DNA of 63,247 nt. Origin: Vermamoeba vermiformis (taxonomy: Eukaryota). Below, piece by piece: positions 13,769 through 27,900 of the stretch. Under the pieces are notes generated by a model. It searched no databases. It was not told where the DNA came from and was given only the letters and a program-made list of their open reading frames with translations. A program made the position numbers and the translations under genes. The first letter of the stretch is position 1, and every line of letters starts with the position of its first letter. The stretch covers positions 124,001 through 187,247 of the forward strand of contig JBEWZL010000137.1 of NCBI GenBank assembly GCA_045837725.1, read 5' to 3'.

Positions 13769-16192
13769 ATGGATACAGAAAGAGCGGAGACCGTAGAATT
13801 AGATCCTCCGGGCAAAGAGCAGATCGCCGTTGCACCGTAAGTGTAATAATTGGGAAATCTACGCCGTAACATTACATACGTGGTTATATTAAGTAATCTT
13901 AATGATTTTGAAGCGAATGATATTGCCTACAGCACTAGATCTCGCTTAAAAATTGGCCATTTTGGCCACACCGTGTAGGCTATTATTTTTGGCGGCTTAT
14001 ATTCTTCCCTAATATTATACATCACTATTAGATACATTTGCATATCAATTAATCGTACTCTAACCGTAATTTTTTCAAAAGTTAAAAAAATTTCTTCCAA
14101 CCAAATCCAACCATGCCCAGGAAAATCTTTTTGATTCGAGCTCGCCAAAACTAATTGAATACCTACTCTAGTGCGGAGCCTCAGGCCGATATTGTCACAC
14201 CATTGCCTTGGAAGAAACTCATCGCACTGATGATTATTGCAACAGCTGAAACAATCAATTATAATTCCATTTATCCGTATATTAACTTCATGGTCAAAGA
14301 TCTACTGAACATAGAAGATAGCAGAGAGCTAGGGTATGTTTCAATTCTTAATTGTTGCGAACAAAATGTGTCCTGATCTCTTTTTTTAGTTACTACGTCG
14401 GAATTGTAGCGTCCTCCGTGTACTTTGCATCGTTTTTAAGCAGGTTAGTAATGATTAATAAGTATACGGATACTTAGTGCTTCGATGAGATCTCATCGAA
14501 GCCAATTAGATCTAAATTGCGAAGTCCTCCGTAGTTACTTGCTAACAATGCCATGTTAGTTACTTCTGGGGATTCATCTCAGATAAATATGGAAGAAGAC
14601 CAGGACTACTCGCAGGACTCATAGGAGGCTTGACGTGCACGACACTCTTCGGATTTAGTCAAACTTTTATTTGGGCCGTGGCGGCAAGATTCTCTTCGGG
14701 CCTATTGAACGGTAAATAGAATGTTCCCACTCGATAATGCATGCTTACACTATTATAGGCAATACTGGCATTGCAAAATCTATGCTGGCCGAAATTACGG
14801 ACAAGACAAACCAAGCTCGAGCGTTCAGTTTGTTCGGCTTGACTTGGAGTGTTGGAGGCATAGGTAATATTATTAGTATTAACCACATAATCAATTTGCA
14901 AATTGACATTTTGAATGTTTCATGAACTTGTAACTAACGCGTGCACGTAGTTGGACCGCTGATAGGAGGACTGTTATCGAACCCCGCCGATCAATACCCA
15001 TCAGTGTTCGGCAACAGCGAGTTCCTCAAACGATTCCCGTATTTATTGCCTAATTTGGCAGTCGCGAGTCTCGGGCTGACAGGTCTGCTCATCGGCTACT
15101 TCACGCTCAATGAAACCAAGCCCAGTCTGGTCAGCAAGAAGTTCGTCAAGTTGTCGAAGGCTGAAGGTACCTTAAAATACATCAACTAATTCGTTGTCAG
15201 TTATCTAATATTCATCATTACAGCACAAGAACTTGAACTTGCCACTGTATCCACGAGCACGACGTTATCCGAAATGTCAGAAGACGATGTGCGTGTAATG
15301 CGGTCAAAGAGGTACGATTACTTTTAAGGTTATTTGTGCAGTTAGGTGTCGATGTTTAACGGTCTGATTAGTTGCTGGCGCGTGCCCGAAGTGTTGCGCG
15401 ATCGCGTGGTCATTCTGGCGTGTTTGTGCTACGCCATTCTCGGCTTCTTGTGGGTCATATTCGAAGAAGTATTTCCGTTGTGGAGCATCAACGACGTGCA
15501 ATACGGCGGCATTGGCTTCACGCAAAGTGACATTGGCCTCATTCAAAGCATCGGTGGCGTGTTCACACTGCTGTTTCAAATCTTTATGTACCCCATTCTT
15601 GCCAAGCGCTTTAGTGTACTTGGTACTTTCAGATACGGCGTGCTGATTGGTCTGCCTGGATTCTTGCTCATGCCCGAGGTACGCGCTAGCACTTGGAATC
15701 GACACGTGTCACACTTGCGGATACTAACTGGCATTGTCAGGTTGTGTTCTTAGTGGGCCTGCCACCTTTCGTGTTGTACGGCGTGATGACCTTGTTGATC
15801 ATGCTGTTGCAAGCCTCGTCTGAAATGACCTTCGTCTCGGTGTTCATTTTGATCTCGAACTCAGCTCACCCGCACAACATGGGTGCAGTCAACGGTCTCG
15901 GCCAGTCACTTGTTTCCATGTTGCGTACATTTGGTCCATTCGCAGGTAAGAGCCCGTGATTCAATCCTGTCATACATACCATCTCACATTTTCTATTTTA
16001 GGAAGTGCAGTGCTGTCGTGGAGCATGACGAATGGTCTCTATTTCCCATTCGACGAGCACTTGATGTTCATCATCGTCTCGCTGCTCTTGCTCGTCATCT
16101 TTGGCTTGTCGTTCTTGTTGCCGACCTCGATCAATCATCCGAAACAAGACGACAAAGTTGCTGATGAACTCTCAGGCGAGGAGATTTGTTAA
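13769..16192 (+). CDS. MFS transporter (ZIFL / drug:H+ antiporter-like)
   Basis: TPLPWKKL, SIYPYINFMV, WGFISDKYGRRPGLL (MFS motif A), GNTGIAKSMLAEITDKTNQARAF, GPLIGGLL and GAVNGLGQS. Confidence 0.9.
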
Positions 16193-16374
16193 TATAACTC
16201 TTGTATTTAATATTGTGATATATATTATATTATCTTAGTTGGCTAGGCTGTACATTAGCTGTTCATAGTACTGTAAATTTGTTGTGAATAAAACACATTT
16301 GACATGCAAAAACACTTTCATTTACAAAAACCAATTACGATAGTAACACTACAAATAACTACTATAGTATATAT

Positions 16375-17178
16375 TTACCAGCCCCAAGTGCCTGGGCCGC
16401 CTATATTATAAGTTAGAGCGGCTTTTCAAATTTTGGATCCAACGTACCTTTAAAGCCCTTCTGACCGCCGACAATGTTCTTGGTGACCCAACCACCGTAG
16501 AAGTCACCAGGCTGTGGCGTGGCTTGTTCGTCATCGACATAACACGCGTCCATCATGTTCGGATAAAATGCGACGTAATCTTTAATGGGCTTGAATTTGT
16601 CCGTGGGATTGGGATAGTACCACACGGCATTCGGTGCTGTCTTGTCGCCTACTTTGAGCGTATAGTATCTATATTTAACAGCATTTAAGTGATATGTAAC
16701 GGAAATAAATTGTTGGATGTGACTTACGAACAACTTCCTTTCCATTCACAGAATGTGTTGCGATTAGTAGGGACGAAATAATCTTTCTTAATATCACTGG
16801 GAGGGAAGTAATACACTGGAGGGTGACTAATCGAAGGCCGATCTCAATGAATTGTCTCAAAAAGGAGATGAGCATCAGATCTTACCTTGTTTCGAGCACT
16901 CTGTATCCTGCTGTAGTGTCTGCTACAGTCTCTCCATTAAACACAACGCGCAGTCTAAATGAACGTTAGAATGATCAGTTAAGGCTCCTAAGGCGGATCT
17001 CGTACCTCTTGGACACTTTTTCCAAGGCAGGAGGACGAGGATAGTCCCAAACATTTTCTACTTTATCTTCGGTGTGTGTAGACATATTTTTGGCAGCTAA
17101 AAGAGAATTCTTTTGTTTAGGCAAGCGTCGCAAAAATTGAGATCCATTTTTAATTCCTCTGTAAAATGTGGAAAGCAT
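16375..17178 (-). CDS. DUF427 family protein with probable N-terminal mitochondrial presequence
   Basis: ENVWDYPRPPALE, RVLETSHPPVYYFP, TFCEWKG, AVWYYPNP and PQPGDFYGGWVT, ending GGPGTWGW*. Alternative ATG at 17085. Confidence 0.8.
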
Positions 17179-18121
17179 CTTCCACAATCATATTTCAGTA
17201 TATTATAATATTTGAAATTATTGTAATATTTTGTTATGCTTTTTAATCGACACAGAACATACTTACCAAGCGAGTTTGAATCCAATTTATGAGTATGAGC
17301 AGCGGTGAGAATGAATAATATCAAGAATAATACTAATGTGCTGCTGTGTTGCATAAAGGCGATAAAACGGCTTGTCGCAGTTTTCTATTTGGTACGGGCA
17401 GACGTCACGCGATGCCTCTCCATTTCCTTTTATAGAGGCCCAGCTGCCAGAGTTCTTCAAATTTTTCTTCTATTTGATGCAGCCATAATTATTAACAATT
17501 TAATAACTGTTCAGCTGCAGCGAATTGAACAAATTGATAAAAAATATTCAGCGTTGGCCAACGAATGGCTCTCGGAATATCTCTGTAAATGAGTATGAGG
17601 ATGCCAACGGTAGTACTAGTCGACGAGGATTGTTACGGCAGAATTTCATAAGTTTGCGTCGCTACAAACGAAAGTCAACTAAAATTTCAAATTGCGCCAA
17701 TTTTCTCGAAGCGAGACGAGACAGAGAAGTCGTGTGGCTTTATTCTTAATTAGGTATCATTCAACAACGACATATTATTACTGCAACTTGGATTCAAATT
17801 AAATGTCAGATAAACCAGAATCATACGGTACGTAAGATTTTTACAGCTAGATCAAAGGTCTTTTGCGAATTCCCAATCGAATCTTATTATTAATATTATA
17901 AATACAATCAACAACACTAATTCGCATTAAATCGATTTTAATTACGCGAAGCAAATTCAAGTAATTTTCAAAAATTTAATTTAAATCGTATTGATTGTAA
18001 ATTGAGTTGATAACTTCATTTACGCATTGTATTACTATACTAGTATTTATTTACAATATTACATTCGAGATTGATTGATGTCACTTGCTGGCATCCTCCG
18101 TCAGATCCGTCATTTTCGAAA

Positions 18122-19419
18122 TTATTGATAAAATTCAGCCCAAGTCTGCATTAACAGCTCGGCGCATTCACTACACTTAATATTATTATACGCACTCGCC
18201 ATCATATACAAGATTTGGCCTAGGATCACCAAAACATAGTAATTTGTAATATTCATCGCGTTATCGAGGTAAAATCCTTCGATCGCTTTTAGACCAGCCT
18301 CTATAACATGTATATATTGATGCTTATAATTAGCATAGACTACAGCCGCAAATAACGAATACAAATAATCGAGACTGTAGTAATCTCGCTTATTCTTCGT
18401 AATTTCAGTGCTGTTGCCATGAATATTACCGCGAGGCTCAATAGTAGTGAATGTTAAATAGGTGCTTTGAATATGACTCCATAATCGGCGAATTTTCTTT
18501 AAAGATTCTTGGCTGAGCGGATCTTGTTGCGCATCCAAGTCAGATTGGGCGATTAATAGTTCCAATTGATGCGCTAAATATTTGGTGTCTCGTCCTCGCT
18601 TAAAACATACGTCTGCGAGGGTAAAGTCTTCGGCTAACATGGCTGATCGACCGAGAAACAAATACTGCGAATGAAGATCTGATTAGATAACGGCGAATAG
18701 AAGTGCATAATATAATACGATACATTTTGGATATGATACTTACCTCGTACTCGACATTCGCCTCTTCGCTCGCACCATCCAGCTGGGACGGTGTTTTGTA
18801 CGTGGCGTAGTATTGATGCAGCAGCGTATTGTAGTCTTGATTGTAATATGAAGCGACCCATATATGATCTATAGACTCGCTTTGACTGCGCGGAAACATT
18901 TCTAGCTCATTGGCCCAGCGCTTGATTGCATTCAATTTCGGTACGACGTGATCTGCAAGAAAATAATTCTTTTGTTAGCTTTATCGTGTATACGAACGGT
19001 AAATAAGTTATTATTATACATATCCTATACTATACCCACAAGATGTTGGGAAATTGACTTGCGGCGAGATCACGTGACAATTATTCAGATCACGGAAATT
19101 ATTTATTTAGCACGAATTTTAATATTTATTTTATTCGTAAAATATCAATTTGTAAATAATTACCTTTAATTATCTGCAATTCCACATTTTTTGTAGCATC
19201 TTCAGCGAAACTCGCAAAATCTTTGCTAACGGACACTGCTTTAATGCGATCTAATCGCGGTAAATACGAGACTATATTTAATTTGATCTCTATTGGTAGC
19301 CACTGCCAATAAGAGAATGTGGTCCGCTGCAGATCGTCCAAAAGATTGGAAGAAGTTTTGTGGTGTAATTTCCTCCGCTTGTAGCCAACAGGCTCAAACA
19401 TGAGCTGCATCGTGATCAT
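18122..19419 (-). CDS. F-box protein with helical (TPR-like) C-terminus
   Basis: F-box WLPIEIKLNIVSYLPRLDRIKAVSVSKDF. Downstream exons match ORFs 18600-18935 and 18122-18661. Confidence 0.65.
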
Positions 19420-19610
19420 ATATATTTACAGTATATGATATTGTGGTCGATTGATTTTTTGTTACATCGATAAAGCTTTCGCAGTGCCAAAGCAATTCAA
19501 TTTCACATTTTATCAACTTTATTAATCAACACGATTTTGCTTGGGAATAGTACTATATTCAAATACGATTATAATGATTAGCTTAGATCAGGGAACTTCG
19601 CTTTAGACCG

Positions 19611-20864
19611 ATGTTTACAAGTTTTTGCTCCTTTCAAGATCCGTTGAAAAACTGACCTGAATTTCAATTAGGTCCTCGTCACTTACACAACTTTCGTGAA
19701 GTGACAGGCTATACTACCGAGGACGGTAGAAAAATGAAGTCGGGAATGCTGTTCCGCAGTGCTAGTCCCACCGGTAAGTCATTGAAACTCGTGCCTTACA
19801 CGGATCCGGCTTTACTCACCAATCTCATTTAGACGCTACTGAAGCTGAACGAAAACATTTACTCAAGGACTGCAAGATTAAGACATGGGTAAGTATATCT
19901 TGCATCACTTATAATCACAAACCTAATTGTTGCACCAGATCGACTTTCGCTCGCAGCAAGAAGTCAAAACAGTGCACAAGAAAGAAATGTTTGGCACCCT
20001 CACTGAAAGCTTTACTAATGTCGTAAGTATAGCGGCACATCTATTTCAGAACTGACTCGGCATTGATGACAGTACGTGCGTCCAGACGGTGAATTCAAAG
20101 CGCCAGCTGGTGCTACACGTGTCAGATACGCCGTCAATATTGGCAAAATGAGCACGAGGGCTCTTGCTTACTACGCGTGGAAACACACTAACTTGACTAA
20201 GAAATTGTAAGGTTTTTTAACAGATCCACAACATGACTTTCGACACTAACACCATTATATCAATAGTGTCCTATTTTTCTTATTAGTACTGTGTCAGTTC
20301 AAGCGTGCCAAGATCATCGCATCAAAAGCTATTTTGACGGGCATCAGTACACTACACGAATTGTATTATGAAATCATCAACTCTGGCAAGACTCAAATAG
20401 GCCAAGTAAGCATATTATAATATAATACTTCTCGAATAATGCTAATAGCGTCATTAGACTCTACGACAATGCGCTAAAAAAGAAAATTATCCGATGCACG
20501 TCAATTGTTTATTGGGCAAAGATCGAACGGGCATATTTATTGGTATGTAGTGTGATATTATTACTATTAATGCTAATTTCTCGTTGTCGTAGCGCTAATT
20601 ATGGCTTCGATTGGCATCAAACGAGAACACATCTTGAAAGAGTACGCCAAAACGCGTCAAATGATGTCCAAAGACGAGATGTTGTTCTATTTGCGCAAAC
20701 AAAGTCCTTTAGCTCCTGAAGCATACGCTGATGCCCCTGAAGAAGAGATGGACCTGTTGTTCACGTACTTGGAGCAGAACTACGGCAGCATAGACGAGTT
20801 CTTGGACTCCATTGGCGTCGATGCTGCGTGGCGGAATCAAATGAAGGACTGTTTGTTGGAGTAA
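19611..20864 (+). CDS. Protein tyrosine/lipid phosphatase (IphP/MptpB-like); start uncertain
   Basis: HNFREVTGY, GMLFRSASP, IDFRSQQE, P-loop NCLLGKDRTG, ILKEYAKT and YGSIDEFLDSIG. Confidence 0.8.
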
Positions 20865-21163
20865 TAAAGACGTGTTGACACAACAGGAGAACTCTTAATC
20901 GTCGCCGAAGCACAATTTAATCTGACTTGTATGACACGTGTCAGTGTCATAGCATCTCCAAATTGACACGTCTTGTAATTGTTCCTGTAACGAATTCTAA
21001 TAAGTTACTCGTATCTTTACATACGGGACTAGAACAGTTAGTAACCATTCGAAGAAAATTCTCCAACGATCGCATGTGACTCGAACGTCTCGTAGCGCGT
21101 CCCCTGACAACTATTAATGTTTTACAGATCCAAGATGTATAACCACAACAACACAACTACCAA

Positions 21164-21547
21164 ATGAGTTCAGATCTCGTTTTTGATCGCAAGAAGATTA
21201 CCAAGCAACGAGGTGTCAAATACGAAGGCTATTGGGCGCCATCTGCCACACAGTTTTCAATTTTTCCCTTTCCAAAGGGAAGTGACTCCGCTTGGCCAGG
21301 CAAAGAAGAATTTTTGGCGAAATTACGAGAAAAAGAAAAGAGCGCTCAGCAGATTGGATACAAAGGGATGTCGCCCTGTAGATTGCACGGAAAAAACAAC
21401 TGTGACTTGTCTGGCAATGGCTGTGTAGAATATATTGTTCAAGCTGCGAATGGAGATGAAATTCACTGGCCTGAAGGGTTTGCGCACTACGTTGAGGTGC
21501 ATAATGTCAAACCGAGCAGAGAATTTTACAATTTCATCATGTCTTAG
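21164..21547 (+). CDS. Intronless 127-aa hypothetical protein resembling a giant-virus/bacterial family
   Basis: Clean ORF followed by AATAAA. Motif string EGYW..PFP..W..FLAKL..YKGMSPCR..NG..EY..WPEGFAHY...HNVKPSREF. Family resemblance is from recall. Confidence 0.75.
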   Translation: MSSDLVFDRKKITKQRGVKYEGYWAPSATQFSIFPFPKGSDSAWPGKEEFLAKLREKEKSAQQIGYKGMSPCRLHGKNNCDLSGNGCVEYIVQAANGDEIHWPEGFAHYVEVHNVKPSREFYNFIMS

Positions 21548-21981
21548 GAAATAAATGTAAATAACTTACAAGCATTTTTGTTTCTGTAATTGGCAAAGCA
21601 ACCGTCAAAAGATTTGTGCGCTGATAAATTTGCCTCAATTTTTCAGTTGGATGGATTTTTTTGTGTTCGATTCGCTGCATCGTATCTACCATTAATATCT
21701 ACGTACTCGTCGACCTGTTAATCGTGCATTATCTAAAATTAAACTGGTTTAATCTTCCATGATTCTCGCGGGCAGATTCGTTGACCTTACCTTAGTTCGA
21801 GGTTACGCATCTCAGTTCGGCAAGGAAAAACTACCATAAAATTTATGCAATAGAGTATAATAGCTTGTGTGGTACTCGACTAACGGTGACGAAAATGTGA
21901 CGTTTGGTCGGATTCATTTTTTTGAAAACGAAATTTGGAAGAGCACATATGCAATAGAGACTAAAATATTAAGCAGCATTT

Positions 21982-24900
21982 ATGTTCCGCAAGGTCAAGA
22001 AGTTGCTTAAAAATAGCAACGAAAAGAAGAAGGACAAAAAATCGAGATCCCAAGCCCCTTCAGATGATGAATTATTCATAGATCCAAAGCGATTTGTTCT
22101 GACGGAACGATATAAATTACTATGGGAATATTTAATGAAGCATGGTAAGTGTTAAGCGTGGTGGGAATTCAAATTTTAGGGATGCACATCCAATTAAAAA
22201 TCAAACGCCACGATCAATTAATTCCAATTAACCCCGTCAATCGACTTGCTATTAATTATTATACAGCTCCAAACACGGACGGAATATTTCGTGTACCTGG
22301 AAGCCAGCCACGGATTCGCGCGCTAAAACTTTTATTGGACAGTCGTAAGTTCCTTACCTGTATTCAATATCGCTATAATTACGATATATAGGAAATATTA
22401 GTAAAGAGCAATTACTACCGTATTAAATTGAATCAATTTTGAAATTTCAAACGGTCGAACTGCTCGGCTGAAAAATTAAATCAATATTTGTAGCTCGACA
22501 GCCTAAATATTTCTCAATTTATCGTATTAATAAATATTTTTGAGCAGAAAATACACCGGATCTGGAGCAATACGACGTCCATGTAGTGGGAGGAGTGTTC
22601 AAGCAATATTTGCGCGAGCAAAAAGAACCATTATTAACACACGACTTGTATGAAGGATTTATCGCTGCACATGGTACGTGAATATGGATTAATTCTTTAG
22701 AATGGAATTCGAGCATATTAATTTAATAATAATATTTTATCCTCGGAGTTTGGTATATCCGAGATATAAATCAGCTTTAAATACGCTCTCATTATACCAC
22801 TAAATTTGAGACTGATTGTGAGCGATAAATGCACGTCTAAATATGGAATGACATGTCTACCTGAAGAAAACAATTCGCCCGCATAATTGCGATAACAACA
22901 GTTAAATAATATAATATCTATAGGCATTGAAGACGAGAAGAAGAAAGTTGAAACAGCGAAAAGTTTGTTGAATAATCTGCCGCTCGGATTTTTAACAGCA
23001 TTGCGTGCCCTGGTCGAATTATTGTACAAAATTGACCGCAATTCAGCCGTCAACTTGATGTCCATGACTAATTTGGCAATTGTCTTCTCACCGACCTTGC
23101 TGCGAGCACGTGACGAAACAGTTGCAAAGATTATGCAAGACTCGACGGCAGCGCATGGAATCGTGCTATTTTTGTTGTCGCAGCCCGAGTTATTAACGGT
23201 AATGATTTTAATTACTATAATAAGCGTAATTTAACATTCATTTGTTAGTTCTTCGGAGTTAAAGCGACAGAAAAGAACGAGCTCACGATGACTGGTGAAC
23301 CCAGGTCAGATCCGATGTTGGTGAGCGAGCCTAGAACCATTGGCGCGGGTAATCGTGACAGCAGATTGCTCGCACAGTCTTCGCCCAACTTGGTGACACC
23401 GTCGTCGAGTCCAGTGCTCTTGCAAGTCGGAGGTAAGTAGTCATCGGACAGCAGCAGTCACGTGCTATAAATCGACTAACAACGTCACACGTAGAACACG
23501 CGATGGCACCGCGCGGCAGACTTATTAACAGAGAGCGCACGTCGAGTAGCGGCAGCAACAGTCCGACACGCAGTCCGCGCCACAGCAAAATCAAACTCAG
23601 CAGCGATTATTTGTCGAAAGACACCATAAACATCATTGCAGCGCTGGACATGATTATTGAAGGCAAAGACATTAGCAGCAGTGACGACGACTTGTTGAAG
23701 AGCTCTGACAGTGGACCGAATTCACCGCCTCCGAGCTTGAACACCGCTGTTAGCAACACGAACACCAACACCAATAACAAGCCTGCGAACATTACGAGTG
23801 ACGAGTTTGACATTAGTCAGCCATTGAAGCCCAAGCATGGTGAGAAAAGTAAGTTTTACTCGTGAAATAATAATGTGCGTGCGTTGATGGTTTAACATCT
23901 TTCGTGCAGTTGAACATTTGGACTCGGAGTCGGAAGATTCAGAAATTGACAGCGAAGAAGAGCTGGTGAAAACCAAGCCCAAGAAACAAAGTCCACCACC
24001 GCCACCAGTGCCCGTGCCAGTGGCTGTTAATAGTGAGCCCGCACCTCGAAAAGGATTTACCAAAATTGGAAGTAACAGAGCAGCGCCAAAGAAAGAACTG
24101 TTCGAACAACCGCTCAAGAGCTCGCAATCAATGCCGCGTATCTCGCCACGCAAAGACAGTAACGGTAATATGCCGCGACCACCGCGCAAAGACAGTGCTG
24201 CTAACGGCACTGAAGGCAAAAAGAATTCACCGCGTAAAGATAGCACTGCTAACGGCGTTGTAGAGCCTAAAAAGAACTCACCTCGCAATGAAACAACTGA
24301 GCCCAAGAAAGAATCACCGCGTGAAAGAACGTCTCCGAGAGATGATCAGGCGCCTAAAAAAGTATCACCGCGTCAAGAAGAGCCTGTGGTGCAACCAGAT
24401 CAAGTCAAGGATGAGCCCGTGGCACAGTCAACAGAAGTCAAACAAGACGAGCCAGTCGTTGAGCCCGTTAAAGCCAAAGACCCAACGCCACCTCTCTCAC
24501 CAAGAGTTGGAACTCCGCGCAAGTTGCCAACTCCACCGATTTCTCCGCGTGAGAACAAGCCTCCCACGCCGCGCAAAGAAATTGAACAACCCCCACCAGT
24601 GTCACCGCGTGAAACAAAGCCACCAACACCACGCAAAGACGAGGCTGCTCATGTTGACCAATCAGCAGCACCTCTTTCACCACGCGAGACTAAGCCACCA
24701 ACGCCGCGCAAGGAAGAGGTCGTTGTCGAGGAACCAAAAGCACCTTCACCGCCAAAGGGCGCATCACCCGTGCACTCTCCACGCAAGATCGAAGAGGACG
24801 TGCAACAATCTGTCGAGGTCAAACAGTCCAATGAACCTCAAATTGTTGTCACACCCAAGACTCCTACAGCCGTTGCTCCCAAAAAGACTGCAGTGGCACC

Positions 24901-27900
24901 AAAGACTCTCACGCCAAAGACTATTGTGCCGAAGGTAGCACCGCCCAAACAACAGTCGCCCAAGCAAGTCACTGTCTCCCCTAGAGTAGCACCATTGCCA
25001 CGCACGCAAACAGCCCCTGAAATACCGTCACCTCGTGCCAAAGTCATCATGCCTGATCCTCATCCTGTTGATGCACAGCCCAATCCCGATTACAAGATCA
25101 GCGAAGGTGTTTCGCCGATTGCACTGCCCAAGACACCAGTGGCACACGTCAAGATGACACCGCTCGTTGTGTCGCCCAAGACACCTGGTCAAGGCAAGGG
25201 CATGCCTCTTAATTCACCAAAAGGCCCGCAATCGCCGCACACTCCCACTTCGGGCCGCACGCTTGCCTCGCCCAAGAAGGCCACAGCTGTCATTGTCTCA
25301 CCCCGGTCATCAGGCGAGTTGACTCGTACTTCATCGGTCTCAGTGCTCACCACCAAGCCCATGACGTCTATTCTGACCCCTGATGTTGACAAGAAGGGTA
25401 CGCGCAGCGTTCTTTAGTGTCGATCAAAACTAATTTTTTTATGTTCGCAGGTTCCTCTCCCCGCTCCATGACCACGGAAGATGTCGGTCAAAAAGAAAAA
25501 CAAAAGAACGACAAGTTGAAGAGACAACACTTAATTGATGAGTTGTTGAACGACTTGGATCTGATCGAACAGTTCACGTGCCGCATGTACCAAGATATGG
25601 AAGTGTATAATAAGGAGCAGGCTGGATTTGTCGTTGAACTCTTCAAAGACATCACTAAGGTAAGTAATGAGACACGTGTTAGATCTGGATTTCTAATGTA
25701 TATTTTTCAGTTCCTGACCTCGTCGCTGAAAGAAGAAAAGGTTATGATTACACCAGCTGACATGAACAAGTTCACTAGCGATTCTAATGCTCGGTTCATT
25801 GCCGACATTGACGCTGGCAAGATCGCGATCCGAGACCAGTTCAAAGTCATCATGGGCCTCTGTGGTGAGATTAAAGAAAAGATCTTTGCCCCTGCCTCAG
25901 CCACCACTGATGCGTATCTCGAGAACTTGTCGTTCATGTTCGATCAAATCACCGAGTTCTTGGAGAATGTCATCGCTGAAATGTCCGAAGATGACGATGA
26001 AGAGGAAGCAGCGCCAGGCATTGACCCGCAATTATTCCAATTGAAAAACGCTCTGGAAGAGGTACGGTCATCATATTATATTATAATCAATCAACTCTTT
26101 GCCTTTGTACTGAACTGCTTGCAGGCGATCCAAAAACTTGAGAAAGACATTGTCACAAAATTCAACGAAAGAATCACCAAAGCAGCGTCATTCTATTCTA
26201 TTCCTCATTTGGTTATACTCTTTGACTCATTGGTCTGGATGAAAAAGGTACGTGTAGCAGATCGCATTCACGCAGTCATGCTGACGTGAATTTCTCAGAA
26301 AATGAACGGATTCAATCCAGTCATGCCGGACGATCAAGTCATTCAACAAGTGCTTCGTATCAGCCAGCCTAATGTCACTGGCAATTTATCACCGGATGCG
26401 ATGACCAAGGCGCACAGCTTGATTGCGTCGTGCACTGCCGAGCTCAAAGACTTGACTGAATTCCAACTACCAAAGTGCGTACAATGCAGGGCTCGATTCT
26501 GATCTAGCGAGACAAAGAAGACGTGTTGACAAGTTTTGCTGATCTGTTATTGTTGTAGGATGAAAGCAGAGGCGACCAATGCTTTGAACAACTTCGACGG
26601 CTCTATTGCGCGCTATAGAATTATCAACTCGGTGAAGATCCTCAATCAGATTGCTCAGGTAAGCTTTTCAAGATCTGCTCTAGATCGCGAGATTATTTTT
26701 TGTTATCGCTATAATATGATGCAAATATTGTTATTGCTCAATTTTAGACCACACTTTGCAAGACAGTTTTTCGAAAAGATTCGGATCCACATAGAAAATC
26801 TTTTTTAAAAATTCGTCGACAAATTCTAGTGAACTAATAAGCCATACTAACACTGTCCTTAGTTTGTCGCAAAATTCAAAGCAGTACCTGTTCAAATGTC
26901 AGACAATGTCGTGCCTACCGCAACAAAAGACGAATCCGAACAACTCGCCAAAGAGACAATGCAATCGATTGACAGACTCAAACTGATCGGCACTGTCATT
27001 AAGAAGCAGTTGTTGAACATCAACGGACTTGAGCAAGCCATTCTAGTCTCGAAAATCATCAAGACAATCAAGCTGGTACGTGTCAATTCCACTTTCCTTT
27101 TATGGAAACAATGTTTTAATCAACTTTGTAGTTCGTCATGTCGGTGTCAGACGAGGTGAATGGCCAAGATTTAATAGACTTTGCAACGAGCTACGACAAA
27201 TTGAGTGACGAGCTCAAGTCGATTGTGGCACGTGGTTTGCCAGTCACTGAAGCGAGTCCCGAAGACGTGCCTAAAGTCAAGAGTTTGCTCGTGGCTGGTG
27301 GTGTGATTATGGACGAGTTCATCGTAAGTTTGAACAAGTTACAGTGCGTGCTACTTGATCTAACTGTGCTGTCAGGCCTCATTACCCAAACTCAAAGAAA
27401 ATGTGACAGCTCTCAAGGCCAAGGCGTTCCCTCACACGCACATTGAATACGCCTCACAGCGCGTGAAACTGATCTATAAAGTACGTACTGGTCTAGCAGC
27501 CGTTGTGACGTGTGCTAACAATTGTGTCACAGCTGTTGGAATTGATCGTGCAAGTCAACAAGTCGTACGACGGACCACTCAGCGCCACTCCTCGTGCGCT
27601 CTCAATGCCCACAGTGCTCTCACCGCCTGGCAGTCCCTCGCTCTTGCCCACGAGTCCTCGGGCACAAGCACAACAACAGCCAGCCTCACCGCGCACAGCC
27701 ACTGGTGCAGGCACAGCAGCGAGCAATCCAGGCCTCACACGCAGTCACAGTTCACCGATGCACGACTCGGGTGTCATTGAAGAGAAGACGATGCAATGCC
27801 GACAACTGATCTCTGTTGTGCTGAGCAAGGTCAACAGCATTAATGACATCAATCATATTGTGGCCATGGGACAGGTCGGCAAAGCTGTTAAAAAGGTAAG

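Noticed and set aside
23722-25392. Multiple overlapping antisense and alternate-frame ORFs
   Set aside because: These are shadow ORFs of the repetitive Pro-rich RhoGAP exon. The same applies to most short antisense ORFs in the track.
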